Numbered from the stretch's first letter, positions 1 through 9,831 are shown. The stretch: DNA of 64,000 nt from an uncultured Candidatus Saccharibacteria bacterium (GCA_964644035.1 CAZXUH010000001.1:461720-525719); one strand, 5' to 3'. Notes: a model not told the origin generated them from the letters alone. Program-made: numbers and translations.

Positions 1-425
1 CCTCCCATATCCGAGCTTGTCATATAGACTACCTGACCAATAACAGTAAATGATGTTGCTGTTGAGCCTGGGCGTACTTCGAGGATTTCAATACGATCTG
101 GCCATGGACTTGAGACATAGCGTCCTGGTGCTGACCTTACATTATCCATCCAGTATTGGAGAAGTTCGGGATTTACGTATTTTCCGTATTCATTTCTGAT
201 CTGTTCTTTTGCTTGTGCTTCAGGCGCAGTCAAAGAGACATTTTTGAGTTTTGAGCCAAATTCTTTAACAAATTCATCGACGTCTTGGACTTGTTCTTCC
301 TGAGTTTCAGGGAGTTTTGCTGTATCATCGCTAAAATACATGTAGCCACCATATACTGCAACGATAAGTGCAATAATGAACAAGCCTATCACTGTCTTTC
401 CATTGAAAAATTTGTTGAATTTCAT
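1..425 (-). CDS. Hypothetical membrane-anchored protein; 5' end complete (ATG at 425), 3' end runs off the window
   Basis: Reverse-complement of 1..425 translates as MKFNKFFNGKTVIGLFIIALIVAVYGGYMYF... It has an N-terminal TM anchor and no stop before the window edge. The ORF track omits it because it is open-ended. Confidence 0.45.
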   Translation of the reverse strand, partial: MKFNKFFNGKTVIGLFIIALIVAVYGGYMYFSDDTAKLPETQEEQVQDVDEFVKEFGSKLKNVSLTAPEAQAKEQIRNEYGKYVNPELLQYWMDNVRSAPGRYVSSPWPDRIEILEVRPGSTATSFTVIGQVVYMTSSDMG

Positions 426-496
426 GTGTATTATTATATCAATCTATTGGGTATTTGATAGATGACGGCATAAACAGGGCAATATGACATAAAAAC

Positions 497-528
497 AACC
501 CCAGAAGCCTAGACTTCTGGGGTTTTGA
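497..528. terminator. Bidirectional Rho-independent terminator hairpin (CCCCAGAAG-loop-CTTCTGGGG, then TTTT)
   Basis: Perfect 9-bp inverted repeat with T-runs on both strands, sitting between convergent transcripts. Confidence 0.5.
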
Positions 529-531
529 TGA

Positions 532-873
532 TCAAGTACGTGCAACCGGGGTGTAGTACCATTCCTTGAAGGATGAAATCGGGAAAAGAAGGTAGTAAAG
601 GATACCAACCCTTTTCCTGAGCTGAAGAAAATCACAAAGATTATGCCTCTCGCGGCGCCGAGTCAGAGCGACTTGGAGAGAGAGCTTGTTGACGACTTGC
701 TGGTGCAAACCAGCTTGCAGGGTCAACCTCGTGACGGTGTTGTGCAATGTCTCGATCTGAGCCTTGCACTCCTCGATACTCATTTTGTCTTGGAACGGTC
801 GGAGCATTTCTGCCACAACCGGATCTGACGCCTCTGCAATCCTTGGTTTCGACGCTCGAAAAGAACAATGCAT
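532..873 (-). CDS. Hypothetical small protein, GC-rich; start moved to the internal ATG that follows an AAGGAG SD
   Basis: ORF 532..930. AAGGAG lies 7 nt upstream of the ATG at 873. Local GC is clearly above the background. No recognisable domain. Confidence 0.3.
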   Translation of the reverse strand: MHCSFRASKPRIAEASDPVVAEMLRPFQDKMSIEECKAQIETLHNTVTRLTLQAGLHQQVVNKLSLQVALTRRRERHNLCDFLQLRKRVGILYYLLFPISSFKEWYYTPVART

Positions 874-910
874 CTCAACTCCTTTGTTTGAGCCAAACAA
901 TATATAAACA

Positions 911-1195
911 TTATTCAGAAATAACGTCAATTTTACTGCTCTTACGTATCAAATCCATCTTCTGCTGTCGTTTGAGTTTTTTGAGAGCGTATTCCCTTCT
1001 CAGAGCTTCTTTCTGAGTTTTATATGTTTCGTAATACTTGAGCACTACTGGCCGTCGGGTTTTGGTATATCGTGCACCAGAATTGAAATGATTGTGTCGT
1101 GAAAGTCTTCTCTCAAGATCGATGGTGTAGCCAATGTAAAATGTCTTGTCTGCACATTCGAGTATGTAGACATAGTGTGACATTCTATTTTTCAA
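911..1195 (-). CDS. GIY-YIG nuclease superfamily protein (UPF0213/YhbQ-like)
   Basis: N-terminus YVYILECADKTFYIGYTIDLERRLSRHN matches the GIY-YIG signature. Length 94 aa. Confidence 0.7.
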   Translation of the reverse strand: MKNRMSHYVYILECADKTFYIGYTIDLERRLSRHNHFNSGARYTKTRRPVVLKYYETYKTQKEALRREYALKKLKRQQKMDLIRKSSKIDVISE

Positions 1196-1197
1196 GA

Positions 1198-1944
1198 TTA
1201 CAATTCAATCTTCGTAAACTGATACCAACCGACAAGAACCGTGACAACAGAGAGAGCAACAAGCACACTTAAGCTTGTCGTGGCCGAGAAGAAATTGTCA
1301 CCACTGAGCGCATAGCGCATACCGTCGACACCATACGTGAGCGGATCGATCTTGGTAATAACACTCAACACTTTTGGCAGACCATGTACTGGGAACAGTG
1401 CACCTGAAAGATAGAAAAGCGGCTGAATGATGAAGTTGATAATGAGTGGGAAGCTCTGCATATCATCGAGCCGCGCTGCAATAGCTGTACCAATAGCCGA
1501 GAAAAGAAATGAAATAAGAAGAAGGTACAAAAATGCCAATGGCAACATAGCAAAACTCTGTGGTCGGAAGCCTGCGACAAGAGTAATCAGAAAAACGAGC
1601 AGACCCTGCACACCAGCAACGGTCATACCACCTACCGTCTTACCGATAAATATTTCGAAACGAGACACAGGTGCAACGAATGTTTCTTTGAGGAATCCAA
1701 ACTGTTTATCCCAAATGATTTCCACTCCCGTAAAAATAGAAGTGAAAAGGATCGTCATAGCAATAATACCTGGAGCGATGAATTGAATATAATCTCCCCC
1801 ACCAGCCTTGGCATAGATCGGACTAAGACCAAAACCAAATGCAAAGAGGAAAATCACTGGCTGACCAAGAGCACCGACAAGACTAGCCTTCTTGCGAATG
1901 AAGCGCTTGCACTGACGTAACCATAGTATATATATTGTTCTCAT
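1198..1944 (-). CDS. ABC-2 type transporter permease
   Basis: 248 aa, six predicted TM helices, ABC-2 family pattern. Immediately downstream of an ABC ATPase on the same strand. Confidence 0.7.
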   Translation of the reverse strand: MRTIYILWLRQCKRFIRKKASLVGALGQPVIFLFAFGFGLSPIYAKAGGGDYIQFIAPGIIAMTILFTSIFTGVEIIWDKQFGFLKETFVAPVSRFEIFIGKTVGGMTVAGVQGLLVFLITLVAGFRPQSFAMLPLAFLYLLLISFLFSAIGTAIAARLDDMQSFPLIINFIIQPLFYLSGALFPVHGLPKVLSVITKIDPLTYGVDGMRYALSGDNFFSATTSLSVLVALSVVTVLVGWYQFTKIEL

Positions 1945-1953
1945 ATATGTTAT

Positions 1954-2742
1954 TTAGCGCATCATTTTATTAGAAATCCTCATCAAGTTTTTGCTTGCAT
2001 TGCCAGCTTCTTCGCGGATCTTCTTACCAGTAAGCTTGATAAATGCCTCTTCTAAGCTCTGTGAGCCTCCCTTGGCACGTATTTCGTCGGGAGTGCCATA
2101 TTCTATGAGTTTGCCATGATCAATGATAGCGATCTTCTGGGCCATTCGTTCTACTTCTTCCATATGATGAGTAGTGAAGAAAATAGTAACCTTCTCTTCT
2201 TTGTTGAGATTGTAAATGTAATTCCAAATATGATTGCGGGTTTGTGGATCGAGACCGATTGTCGGTTCATCGAGGAAAAGGACTTTTGGATGATGAAGGA
2301 GTCCACGAGCGATTTCGAGTCGACGCTTCATACCACCTGAGAAGTTTTTGACATACGCATCCTTGCGATCGGTCAGTTCTACCAGACCAAGAAGTTTTTC
2401 TATACGCTCTGCATACACACTCTTAGGCAAGCCATAGAGAATAGCGTGGAATTGCATGTTTTCATATGCAGTCAGTTCATTGTCGAGACTTGGATCTTGG
2501 AACACAATACCAAAAGAATGTCGGGTCTTATTTGGATCTTCAGTTACATTGTGACCATCGAGGAAAATCTGACCTTCTGTAGGATGAAGAAGTGTTGTCA
2601 GCATCTTAATCGTCGTTGTCTTACCAGCACCATTGGGACCAAGAAAAGCAAAGACTTCTCCCGTATTTACCTTGAAGGATACATTGTCTACCGCCGTAAA
2701 TTTACCGTACTTTCGAGTGACATTTTTTACTTCTATCATCAT
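1954..2742 (-). CDS. ABC transporter ATP-binding protein
   Basis: Walker A GPNGAGKTT, ABC signature FSGGMKRRLEIA, Walker B LFLDEPT. Confidence 0.85.
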   Translation of the reverse strand: MMIEVKNVTRKYGKFTAVDNVSFKVNTGEVFAFLGPNGAGKTTTIKMLTTLLHPTEGQIFLDGHNVTEDPNKTRHSFGIVFQDPSLDNELTAYENMQFHAILYGLPKSVYAERIEKLLGLVELTDRKDAYVKNFSGGMKRRLEIARGLLHHPKVLFLDEPTIGLDPQTRNHIWNYIYNLNKEEKVTIFFTTHHMEEVERMAQKIAIIDHGKLIEYGTPDEIRAKGGSQSLEEAFIKLTGKKIREEAGNASKNLMRISNKMMR

Positions 2743-2794
2743 TCCATAGTAGAAGAGCCAGCTATATATGTCAAAGTTGCCCTATGGTCTGATA

Positions 2795-3355
2795 CTAGAG
2801 AGTGCCTGCGATTGCTGCTATAAGCAAAATACCAAGATAATTGAAAATAAATGTCAGCGGCATCATCATTCGAGTGCGTACTTTTGAAAATCCCATCATT
2901 GTCAAACCGATCTCGTCTGGTACTGGAGATATGATAAGTAATGCTCCGAGAAGAGGCATCAACCATCTGAAAATTCTCAATTTAAATATCGATAAAACCC
3001 TTTTATATTTTGGACCCTTTACTAAATCATAGAAATCTTCTGCCACAGAGTCGCGAAGAAAAAGAAAAAGCAATGTATCACCAATCATCGCGCCCACTGC
3101 TCCCCACAGTGCCACTATAAAGGGAGATGATGTTTCTGATATTTTTGCCAACGCTATAGCAGCTGGGGCAATGGTAAATGCCGAAGTGAAAAAGAGTCCA
3201 GCCAAAAAGCTACCAATAAAACGCACTTCCTCGGTAGCACTGACAATATTTTCCAATACACCTACTCTGAGTAGGAAGTAAGCAAATATAATGCTGAGCA
3301 CTACAAGAAAGAGATCTCTAAACGCTTTTGAATGAGAATGCTTTCGACGAGCCAT
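2795..3355 (-). CDS. DedA/YqaA-family (SNARE-associated-like) small membrane protein
   Basis: 186 aa polytopic protein. The G-rich helix followed by a PVPDE motif resembles E. coli YqaA (PVVGD). Confidence 0.4.
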   Translation of the reverse strand: MARRKHSHSKAFRDLFLVVLSIIFAYFLLRVGVLENIVSATEEVRFIGSFLAGLFFTSAFTIAPAAIALAKISETSSPFIVALWGAVGAMIGDTLLFLFLRDSVAEDFYDLVKGPKYKRVLSIFKLRIFRWLMPLLGALLIISPVPDEIGLTMMGFSKVRTRMMMPLTFIFNYLGILLIAAIAGTL

Positions 3356-3407
3356 ATATAGAAATTATATCAGATCGCAGAAAGTGCGTTGCAGTCACTC
3401 CGACAGA

Positions 3408-4010
3408 CTAATTGACTACCAATGTTCTGCGGATACTATCGAATTCGCTGATCACTGCCTGCTTATCGAACTCTCTGACCGTTCCCTCTTCATAATTTTC
3501 AAACACACCATAGTGAATGAGATATCTGACAGCAATGCATGGTTCAGAATTTGGAAGTGCATACACTGTTTCTTCGTATCGATTGCCTGCACCAGCATCG
3601 GTCACGGCAGCGACTGAGTACATGACGCCATTTTCTTCTACATCAAGAGCATCGGCCTGCTTATCTTCTAAGAACAAATCAGCAGTGCATGCTTCAGATT
3701 CTGTAAGACGCTCGACTGCAATATAGCTATCAGAAGAAAGATTGGTACCAGTAGCCATCGATTCTGGAATTCTAAATTTTACATCCCGATCTCCTTCATA
3801 GACTTTGTAACTATCAGGATATCCTTCCGACGAAGAAGCTACTATGCTTGGGAAATTGATAGAAAATCCCAATACCTGATTTTCATATTTCTGCGAAAGG
3901 TTATTTTCTTCTACCGTAGGTTCTTCAATCACTTCAGTACGCTTCGTATAGTGCCACACTCCAAGAGCAATCAGCACCAAGACGATCAGAGCGATAAATA
4001 ATTTTTTCAT
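3408..4010 (-). CDS. Hypothetical secreted/membrane-anchored protein
   Basis: N-terminal signal/anchor MKKLFIALIVLVLIALGVW, followed by an acidic soluble domain. Confidence 0.5.
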   Translation of the reverse strand: MKKLFIALIVLVLIALGVWHYTKRTEVIEEPTVEENNLSQKYENQVLGFSINFPSIVASSSEGYPDSYKVYEGDRDVKFRIPESMATGTNLSSDSYIAVERLTESEACTADLFLEDKQADALDVEENGVMYSVAAVTDAGAGNRYEETVYALPNSEPCIAVRYLIHYGVFENYEEGTVREFDKQAVISEFDSIRRTLVVN

Positions 4011-4094
4011 ATATTTTAATAATACGCTTTATATAAGCAAAGACCATCCAGTAGGACGGTCTTTGCTAGGATTACATCTTTGGCTTAATGATGG

Positions 4095-5297
4095 TTATCT
4101 ATTACGATTTCCATTACCATTGTTGCCTTTGAGTAGTTTTTTCCAATTCCACTTTTTATCGTGTTTCTTGTTGTCATTGTCCGGTGCATCACCCCATGAA
4201 TCTCGGGCATTACCGAAATCAATGTTTTGGATGACTGAACCGTTGCTGATCGTCAATGATGCATAGTCTGCAGTCATCTGATCGATACCTTCATTTTCAT
4301 GGTTGATCAATTCGACACTATATGTACCGTCGGCAAGAGTACCAAATGAATAGTAACCATTGCTGTCAGTGGTTACGCTCTTCAGAGCGCTACCCTGCCA
4401 GTTGGTACCTGTATAGAGTTTGACTGTCCAACCTTGAAAACCAGGTTCGCCGGCATTGCGTACGAGGTTTTTATTGACGTCACGATAGACAATACCGCTG
4501 ATCGAACCTGCTCCAGGATTTGGAGGGGTTGTCGTAGCAGGATTTGTTACCGTACCGCTGACGCAGGCAGTTGTTGCAGTGGTGTTGTTTGCATCACCTC
4601 CGTATACTGCTTGCCAATAATACGTTCCGGCAGTATTAAACTGAACAGAACTAGAATTTGGCACGACACCGTTGGTCACTGTTCGTGTACCAGCATCGAC
4701 TGCTCCTGTCGTACATGCACTGTTGTTGTAGACTCGGAAGACAACCGATCCACCAGCGCCGGCAGTCGCATTGCCCAATGTTGCAGTGCTAAAGACCGAT
4801 GAACCAGTCTGTATCGAACTACTTGAGAGTGCGAGTGAGAGAGTTGTGTTTTGAGCTGACGAAGTCAACATTGCACAACCAGAATTGGCTGGTGAATAGA
4901 CATCACCTTGACCATTGAAGTGAGCGAGATATGAGAGACCTGTACTTGGTACTGTTGTTGCATTTGATTCAGCAACACCGTTGACCAAAGCCACACCCGA
5001 CTGCATGACTCCAGTACCCGTACATGATGTGTTTGGGTAAAGAGTAAAGTCGACGGTACCTGTTGCCATAGAGTTGCTATCAGTCGACGAAGCGACCGAA
5101 GCCCTTGCATGGACCGATGTGCCGATTGCTGCAGACGTGATTACGTTGTGACTTGAGTCATGAACAACGTTGGTCATTGTTGGTGCAACGTCAGCACGCA
5201 CAATAGCTGCCGCGAAGAGCAGTGAGCCAAGTGCGAGAGGTGTGATGAGTAAGAGTGCGTATCTACGGGCTTTATCCGAATAGTTACGTGTATACAT
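4095..5297 (-). CDS. Thr/Ser-rich cell-surface protein with C-terminal SdrD-B/Cna-B-like domain
   Basis: Signal peptide and long T/S/G/N-rich region. C-terminal ISGIVYRDVNKN...SNGYYSF...DGTYSVEL is an SdrD B-like fold motif. Basic K/N-rich tail. Confidence 0.55.
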   Translation of the reverse strand: MYTRNYSDKARRYALLLITPLALGSLLFAAAIVRADVAPTMTNVVHDSSHNVITSAAIGTSVHARASVASSTDSNSMATGTVDFTLYPNTSCTGTGVMQSGVALVNGVAESNATTVPSTGLSYLAHFNGQGDVYSPANSGCAMLTSSAQNTTLSLALSSSSIQTGSSVFSTATLGNATAGAGGSVVFRVYNNSACTTGAVDAGTRTVTNGVVPNSSSVQFNTAGTYYWQAVYGGDANNTTATTACVSGTVTNPATTTPPNPGAGSISGIVYRDVNKNLVRNAGEPGFQGWTVKLYTGTNWQGSALKSVTTDSNGYYSFGTLADGTYSVELINHENEGIDQMTADYASLTISNGSVIQNIDFGNARDSWGDAPDNDNKKHDKKWNWKKLLKGNNGNGNRNR

Positions 5298-5480
5298 GTT
5301 TTTTATAAGTTACTTTTAAGTTAAACCAGCTTTAAATGTTAAGTGAGTTATTGGTAATTGACCCTACATATGTATTCTACATCATTAGGGCCTTATAATT
5401 TGTGACGAGTGAACAGGCTTAGTCTGACGCTAAAAAGGCGTTAAGACATCATTAAAAATATGTGTCAATTTTAGATAGTT

Positions 5481-6269
5481 CTACGAAGTGTGCTTTCTAA
5501 AGAGATATCCTGAGAGAGGAATTGCAATAACGACAACTGCTGCACACCAGATAAGTGCGATAGTGGCATGATTGCCTACTGGAGTGCCTACCATATATCC
5601 GCGAATGGCTTCAATAACGTGTGTCACTGGCTGATTTTCTGCAAAGATTCTAAGTACTTTTGGCATACCTGCTGTCGGTACGAAGGCACTACTTGCAAAG
5701 GTAAGAGGAAAGACAAGCATGAAGCCCATCCACTGCACCGCTTCGACTGATTTTGCGAGAAGCCCCATGATTGCCGACGCCCACGAAAGTGCAAACGTAA
5801 AGGCAAGCAATATGCCAAGTGCCATGAGCCATTCGGTAAATGTTGCTGTTGGCCTAAACCCTACAAGCAAAGCGACAAGGATCATGACTGTCGAAGAAAT
5901 AGTGTTTCGCACCAGATCGGCAGTGACGTGACCAATAAGTACCGTTGAACTGACCATTGGGAGTGATTTGAATCGATCAATAATTCCCCTCTTAAGATCA
6001 GTTGCGACGTTAAGCGAAGTTGTGAGTGCTCCAAATGCCGCTGTCTGGACCAAAATACCAGCCACGAGAAAGTTTACATATGTTGTGCCACCTGTATCGA
6101 TTGCTCCACCAAAAACGTATCGGAAGAGAAGCATAAACATGATCGGCTGAATAGCGAGAGAAAGAAGCTGATCAAGATTTTTGAAAATATGCTTAAGACT
6201 TCGTACGATCAATACATACGTATCACTGAAAAACCAATAGAGTTGCTTGTGTTTAGACATTTTTTTCAT
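5481..6269 (-). CDS. ABC-2 type transporter permease
   Basis: 262 aa polytopic protein directly downstream of and overlapping the ABC ATPase. Confidence 0.7.
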   Translation of the reverse strand: MKKMSKHKQLYWFFSDTYVLIVRSLKHIFKNLDQLLSLAIQPIMFMLLFRYVFGGAIDTGGTTYVNFLVAGILVQTAAFGALTTSLNVATDLKRGIIDRFKSLPMVSSTVLIGHVTADLVRNTISSTVMILVALLVGFRPTATFTEWLMALGILLAFTFALSWASAIMGLLAKSVEAVQWMGFMLVFPLTFASSAFVPTAGMPKVLRIFAENQPVTHVIEAIRGYMVGTPVGNHATIALIWCAAVVVIAIPLSGYLFRKHTS

Positions 6270-7221
6270 TTATATGAGACTCGCCTTCGACTTCATGACC
6301 AGTAAGATTGAGAAATACATCATCAAGTGTCGGCTTGTGCAGTGACATACTCTCAATATTTATTCCCGCTTTTTCCAAGAGGTCAAGAATATCTTTGACC
6401 TGCTTTACGCCGGCTTCTATTGGAATACTAAGACTCTGTTCTTCTTCGACTATTGCCGAACCAGAAATATTGACCGCTACTTCTGCTTTCTTGAGATCTT
6501 CTGTTTTTGTAATGATAAGTTCGAGACGATTTTTTCCTACACGACTCTTGAGTTCGTCGGCTGTACCCTCAGCAATGACTTTGCCGTGATCGATAACAGC
6601 GATCCTATCGGCAAGCTTATCTGCTTCTTCGAGATACTGCGTAGTAAGAAGTATTGTTGCCCCTTCGCTCATGAGCTGCTGAATGACTTTCCACATGGCC
6701 AAGCGGCTGCGTGGATCGAGACCTGTTGTCGGTTCATCGAGAAAAATGATCGGCGGAGTAGCTACAAGACTTGCAGCCAAGTCGAGTCGGCGGCGCATAC
6801 CACCAGAGTACGTTTTTGCAGCGCGGCCAGCTGCATCTTCGAGATCAAACTGTTTGAGAAGTTCTGTTGCTCGGCGTTTGCTCTCTTCTTTACCCAAGTG
6901 ATACAAGCGTCCCATCATTTCCAAATTTTCTTTTCCAGTCAAATACTCATCAATAGCCGCATACTGTCCTGTGAGACCAATAATACGCCTGACATCGTCT
7001 GATTGCTTCACCACATCGAAACCTCCAATATGCGCCTGACCATTGTCAGGTTTGAGAAGTGTACTCAAAATACGCACAGTCGTGGTTTTACCAGCACCGT
7101 TTGGTCCAAGAAGAGCCAACATTGTGCCCTTTTTGATCGTAAGATTGATTCCTTCGAGGACTTTGACCTTCTTAAAGGACTTCGTGAGACCTTTTATTAC
7201 AATTGCATCATCGTTTGACAT
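6253..7221 (-). CDS. ABC transporter ATP-binding protein (DrrA-like, with C-terminal extension)
   Basis: Walker A GPNGAGKTT, signature YSGGMRRRLDLA, Walker B IFLDEPT. Confidence 0.85.
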   Translation of the reverse strand: MSNDDAIVIKGLTKSFKKVKVLEGINLTIKKGTMLALLGPNGAGKTTTVRILSTLLKPDNGQAHIGGFDVVKQSDDVRRIIGLTGQYAAIDEYLTGKENLEMMGRLYHLGKEESKRRATELLKQFDLEDAAGRAAKTYSGGMRRRLDLAASLVATPPIIFLDEPTTGLDPRSRLAMWKVIQQLMSEGATILLTTQYLEEADKLADRIAVIDHGKVIAEGTADELKSRVGKNRLELIITKTEDLKKAEVAVNISGSAIVEEEQSLSIPIEAGVKQVKDILDLLEKAGINIESMSLHKPTLDDVFLNLTGHEVEGESHINEKNV

Positions 7222-7249
7222 GTGGAGCCTATTCTATCGCAAATATTTT

Positions 7250-7522
7250 TTATGACAAATCTTTTGTATCGTCTTTTGGTCTTCCCCACTGCCATCGTGG
7301 TGATTCACCAGTTTTATAACAAATTCTGAGTAGTGTAATAGTAAGAAGTGTTATAGGCAGAAAAAAAGTAAACATCACTTCTTTTGGAGAAGAATTTTCA
7401 TCGATCGTTAGTGAAAATAAGAATACCAGAGCGACATATGACCACATCACTACCCACCCTTCCCAAGTAGCCGGATACCATCCCCAGCCATACCACTTTC
7501 TTTTAAACCACAGTTTTTTCAT
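7250..7522 (-). CDS. Small Trp-rich membrane protein, hypothetical
   Basis: 90 aa with two hydrophobic helices and a W-rich N-terminus. Confidence 0.4.
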   Translation of the reverse strand: MKKLWFKRKWYGWGWYPATWEGWVVMWSYVALVFLFSLTIDENSSPKEVMFTFFLPITLLTITLLRICYKTGESPRWQWGRPKDDTKDLS

Positions 7523-7532
7523 ATCTTTATTA

Positions 7533-7570
7533 TAACAAAAAGAAAAGGGCGACTCCGAAGCGTCGCCCTT
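7533..7570 (-). terminator. Rho-independent terminator (GGGCGAC-TCCGAAGC-GTCGCCC, then a T-run on the minus strand)
   Basis: Perfect 7-bp stem followed by TTTTCTTTTT on the minus strand, downstream of ogt. Confidence 0.55.
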
Positions 7571-7669
7571 AGTCCGAGGATGCGTACGTGTTAGCGATCC
7601 CGCAACCTCTAACGGTTACTGGTGCTATCAACACCTGTAACCACTCCTTCCTCCTATATTTATAACACT

Positions 7670-8176
7670 CTAGTTTGCATTAGACAATTTTCTTTCCCAA
7701 GCCAATAGTGCTTCTTTGCGTTTTGTTCCCCAGCGATACCCGCCAATCTTACCTGTAGAGGTTAGTACTCTATGGCATGGTATGAGAAATGCTATTGCGT
7801 TCTTCCCGCAGGCACTTCCGACTGCTCGCACCGCCTTTGGCGATCCGACTTTCTTTGCAATTTCTGCATACGTAGAAGTTTTACCAAATAGAATACCTAA
7901 AAGTGCTTTCCAGACTTTTCTCTGAAAGTCAGTCCCCTGCATGATCAGTTTTTTAGAATATATACTTTTCTTTGTACTAAAAATATCTTTTATATATTTT
8001 TTAGTTTCAGTATCTCTCCTCACTATTTCTGCTTCAGGCCAAATCTTTTTACTATTATTGATTGCAGTGGATTTTTTATTCGGATCGATAAAAGACAAAT
8101 GGATCACTTTTTGTTTTTCAATTGCTATGAGAGCAAGTCCAAAAGGAGTTTTGTGTATGCCGTAGGTTATTCGCAT
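7670..8176 (-). CDS. ogt: Methylated-DNA--protein-cysteine methyltransferase (O6-alkylguanine-DNA alkyltransferase)
   Basis: Active-site motif PCHRV, plus the FQRKVW...YAEIA HTH region typical of Ogt/Ada-C. Confidence 0.85.
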   Translation of the reverse strand: MRITYGIHKTPFGLALIAIEKQKVIHLSFIDPNKKSTAINNSKKIWPEAEIVRRDTETKKYIKDIFSTKKSIYSKKLIMQGTDFQRKVWKALLGILFGKTSTYAEIAKKVGSPKAVRAVGSACGKNAIAFLIPCHRVLTSTGKIGGYRWGTKRKEALLAWERKLSNAN

Positions 8177-8202
8177 AAGAATGCATTGTATCAGATTCTT
8201 TT

Positions 8203-8243
8203 TATTAAAATAAAAATCACTTGCTCTACGTTGAGCAAGTGAA
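8203..8243 (-). terminator. Rho-independent terminator downstream of the ABC-F gene
   Basis: CACTTGCTC...GAGCAAGTG hairpin followed by TTTTTATTTT on the minus strand. Confidence 0.5.
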
Positions 8244-8316
8244 CGGGCCAGTCCGATACTGTGGGTGTAGCCCTTCCACCATCCTGGTGGTCGCTAACTA
8301 CATTACACCCCTTTAC

Positions 8317-9774
8317 TTATTTCTCCAAATCTAAAACTTCATCGATACGAATCTTGGCCACAAATTCTGGGACGTGACTGACAAGAATCATTGCTCCTTG
8401 GTACGTATTGAGGGCTTCGGCTATAACCGGCAAATGACGGAAGTTAATATGATTGGTCGGTTCATCGAGAATAAGCAGTCCTGGCTTTTGCAGTACAAGA
8501 CGGGCAAATGCTACCAAACCTTTTTGACCTTCAGAGAGATCTCCTATTTTTGTTTTAATCAGCTCGCCTGTAATAAGAAAGCCTGCAGCAGTTGAACGCA
8601 AAGTTTCTTCGTGAGGCTTTTCCATTGCACTCCAGAGAGAATCATAGACAGTGTCTTCAAAATTGAGCGTCGAGAAATCCTGACGATAATACCCTACTCG
8701 CACACCAGAGCTTATAACAGCGCCGGCAGATGTGCTGAGGGCAAGTGACTCAAGCAACGTGCTTTTGCCAATACCATTGGGACCCTTGAGCAATAGATGT
8801 CGATTTCTTTTCAAAGATATTTTTGTTTTTCTGCTGACTGGCTTATGAGTCTTTGGGTTTATCGTCGTAAAAGAATTGATAGAAAGTATTTCCCCGACAA
8901 ATTCTGGCTGAGCTGGAATACTAAAAGGTCTAATCGTCTTATCTTCTCTACGTACATCAACTTTTTCTTCTTCAAGCTCTTCGGCTTTTTCTCTCATGCA
9001 TTTTGCTACGAGACGCATTTGACCGCCTTTGTTGGCAAAAAAGTTTGCCTTGTCTTTGTTTTCCTGAATTTCTTTTGCCAACTGAGCATTTTTCCTATTT
9101 TCTTTTTCAATACGAGCAGAAATTTCTTCGAGTAAGTCGAAATAGTTGCCGACATACTGTTCTACTTTTCTCGTGAAGACATCCAGATACAAGACGCCGT
9201 CGGTAAAAGAGTTTAGGAAATCAGCATCGTGAGAAATCACCAAGCATGTCTTTTTATAATTCTTAATGAAGTCTGTCAGATGAGCGATGCCGGCTTTGTC
9301 GAGATTGTTTGTCGGTTCATCGAGCAAAAGCACATCGGGATCTTGTATGAGCGCTGAAGCAAGCAAAAGTCGTGCTTGCTGTCCTCCAGAAAATGTTTTG
9401 ATAATTCTATCGTGCGGAGCGTGGAGATTGACGACATCGAGCACTGCATCGATTTTGGGATCGATATCATAGATTTTTGTACTAAAATTCTTTTCGAAAA
9501 ATTCCCTGACAGTCAACGTCATTTCATCACGAGGAATGACCTGTCGAGAGATAGCAATCGTCGTACCACGTCCAATATGAATCTCACCATCCTCCGGAGA
9601 GAGCTCTTGAGTGATCATTTTGAAAATCGTGCTCTTACCAGCGCCGTTTTGGCCCATGATCGTGACCTTGGAACCCTTGCGCACCGAAAAACTCACCTCT
9701 TGTAGGATGGGTTTGTTCTCTCCGTACTCAAACGATACATTGTCGAATCTGACGATAACCTCTTCTTTAGCCAT
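8317..9774 (-). CDS. ABC-F family ATPase (two tandem ABC domains, no TM; translation/antibiotic-resistance type)
   Basis: Two Walker A motifs (GQNGAGKST, GPNGIGKST), two ABC signatures, and a charged linker between the domains. Start taken at the MAKEE ATG; an alternative ATG exists at 9792. Confidence 0.8.
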   Translation of the reverse strand: MAKEEVIVRFDNVSFEYGENKPILQEVSFSVRKGSKVTIMGQNGAGKSTIFKMITQELSPEDGEIHIGRGTTIAISRQVIPRDEMTLTVREFFEKNFSTKIYDIDPKIDAVLDVVNLHAPHDRIIKTFSGGQQARLLLASALIQDPDVLLLDEPTNNLDKAGIAHLTDFIKNYKKTCLVISHDADFLNSFTDGVLYLDVFTRKVEQYVGNYFDLLEEISARIEKENRKNAQLAKEIQENKDKANFFANKGGQMRLVAKCMREKAEELEEEKVDVRREDKTIRPFSIPAQPEFVGEILSINSFTTINPKTHKPVSRKTKISLKRNRHLLLKGPNGIGKSTLLESLALSTSAGAVISSGVRVGYYRQDFSTLNFEDTVYDSLWSAMEKPHEETLRSTAAGFLITGELIKTKIGDLSEGQKGLVAFARLVLQKPGLLILDEPTNHINFRHLPVIAEALNTYQGAMILVSHVPEFVAKIRIDEVLDLEK

Positions 9775-9831
9775 TGCTCCACACGTTACCATTAATCGCT
9801 TCTTATACCTACTGTGTTAGGATGCTCGTAT

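Noticed and set aside
7571-7669. Possible ncRNA or tRNA between ogt and the terminator
   Set aside because: It contains a GGTTAC...GTAACC hairpin and a GGAGGAAGGAG stretch, but there is no cloverleaf and no ORF after the SD-like run. Left uncalled.
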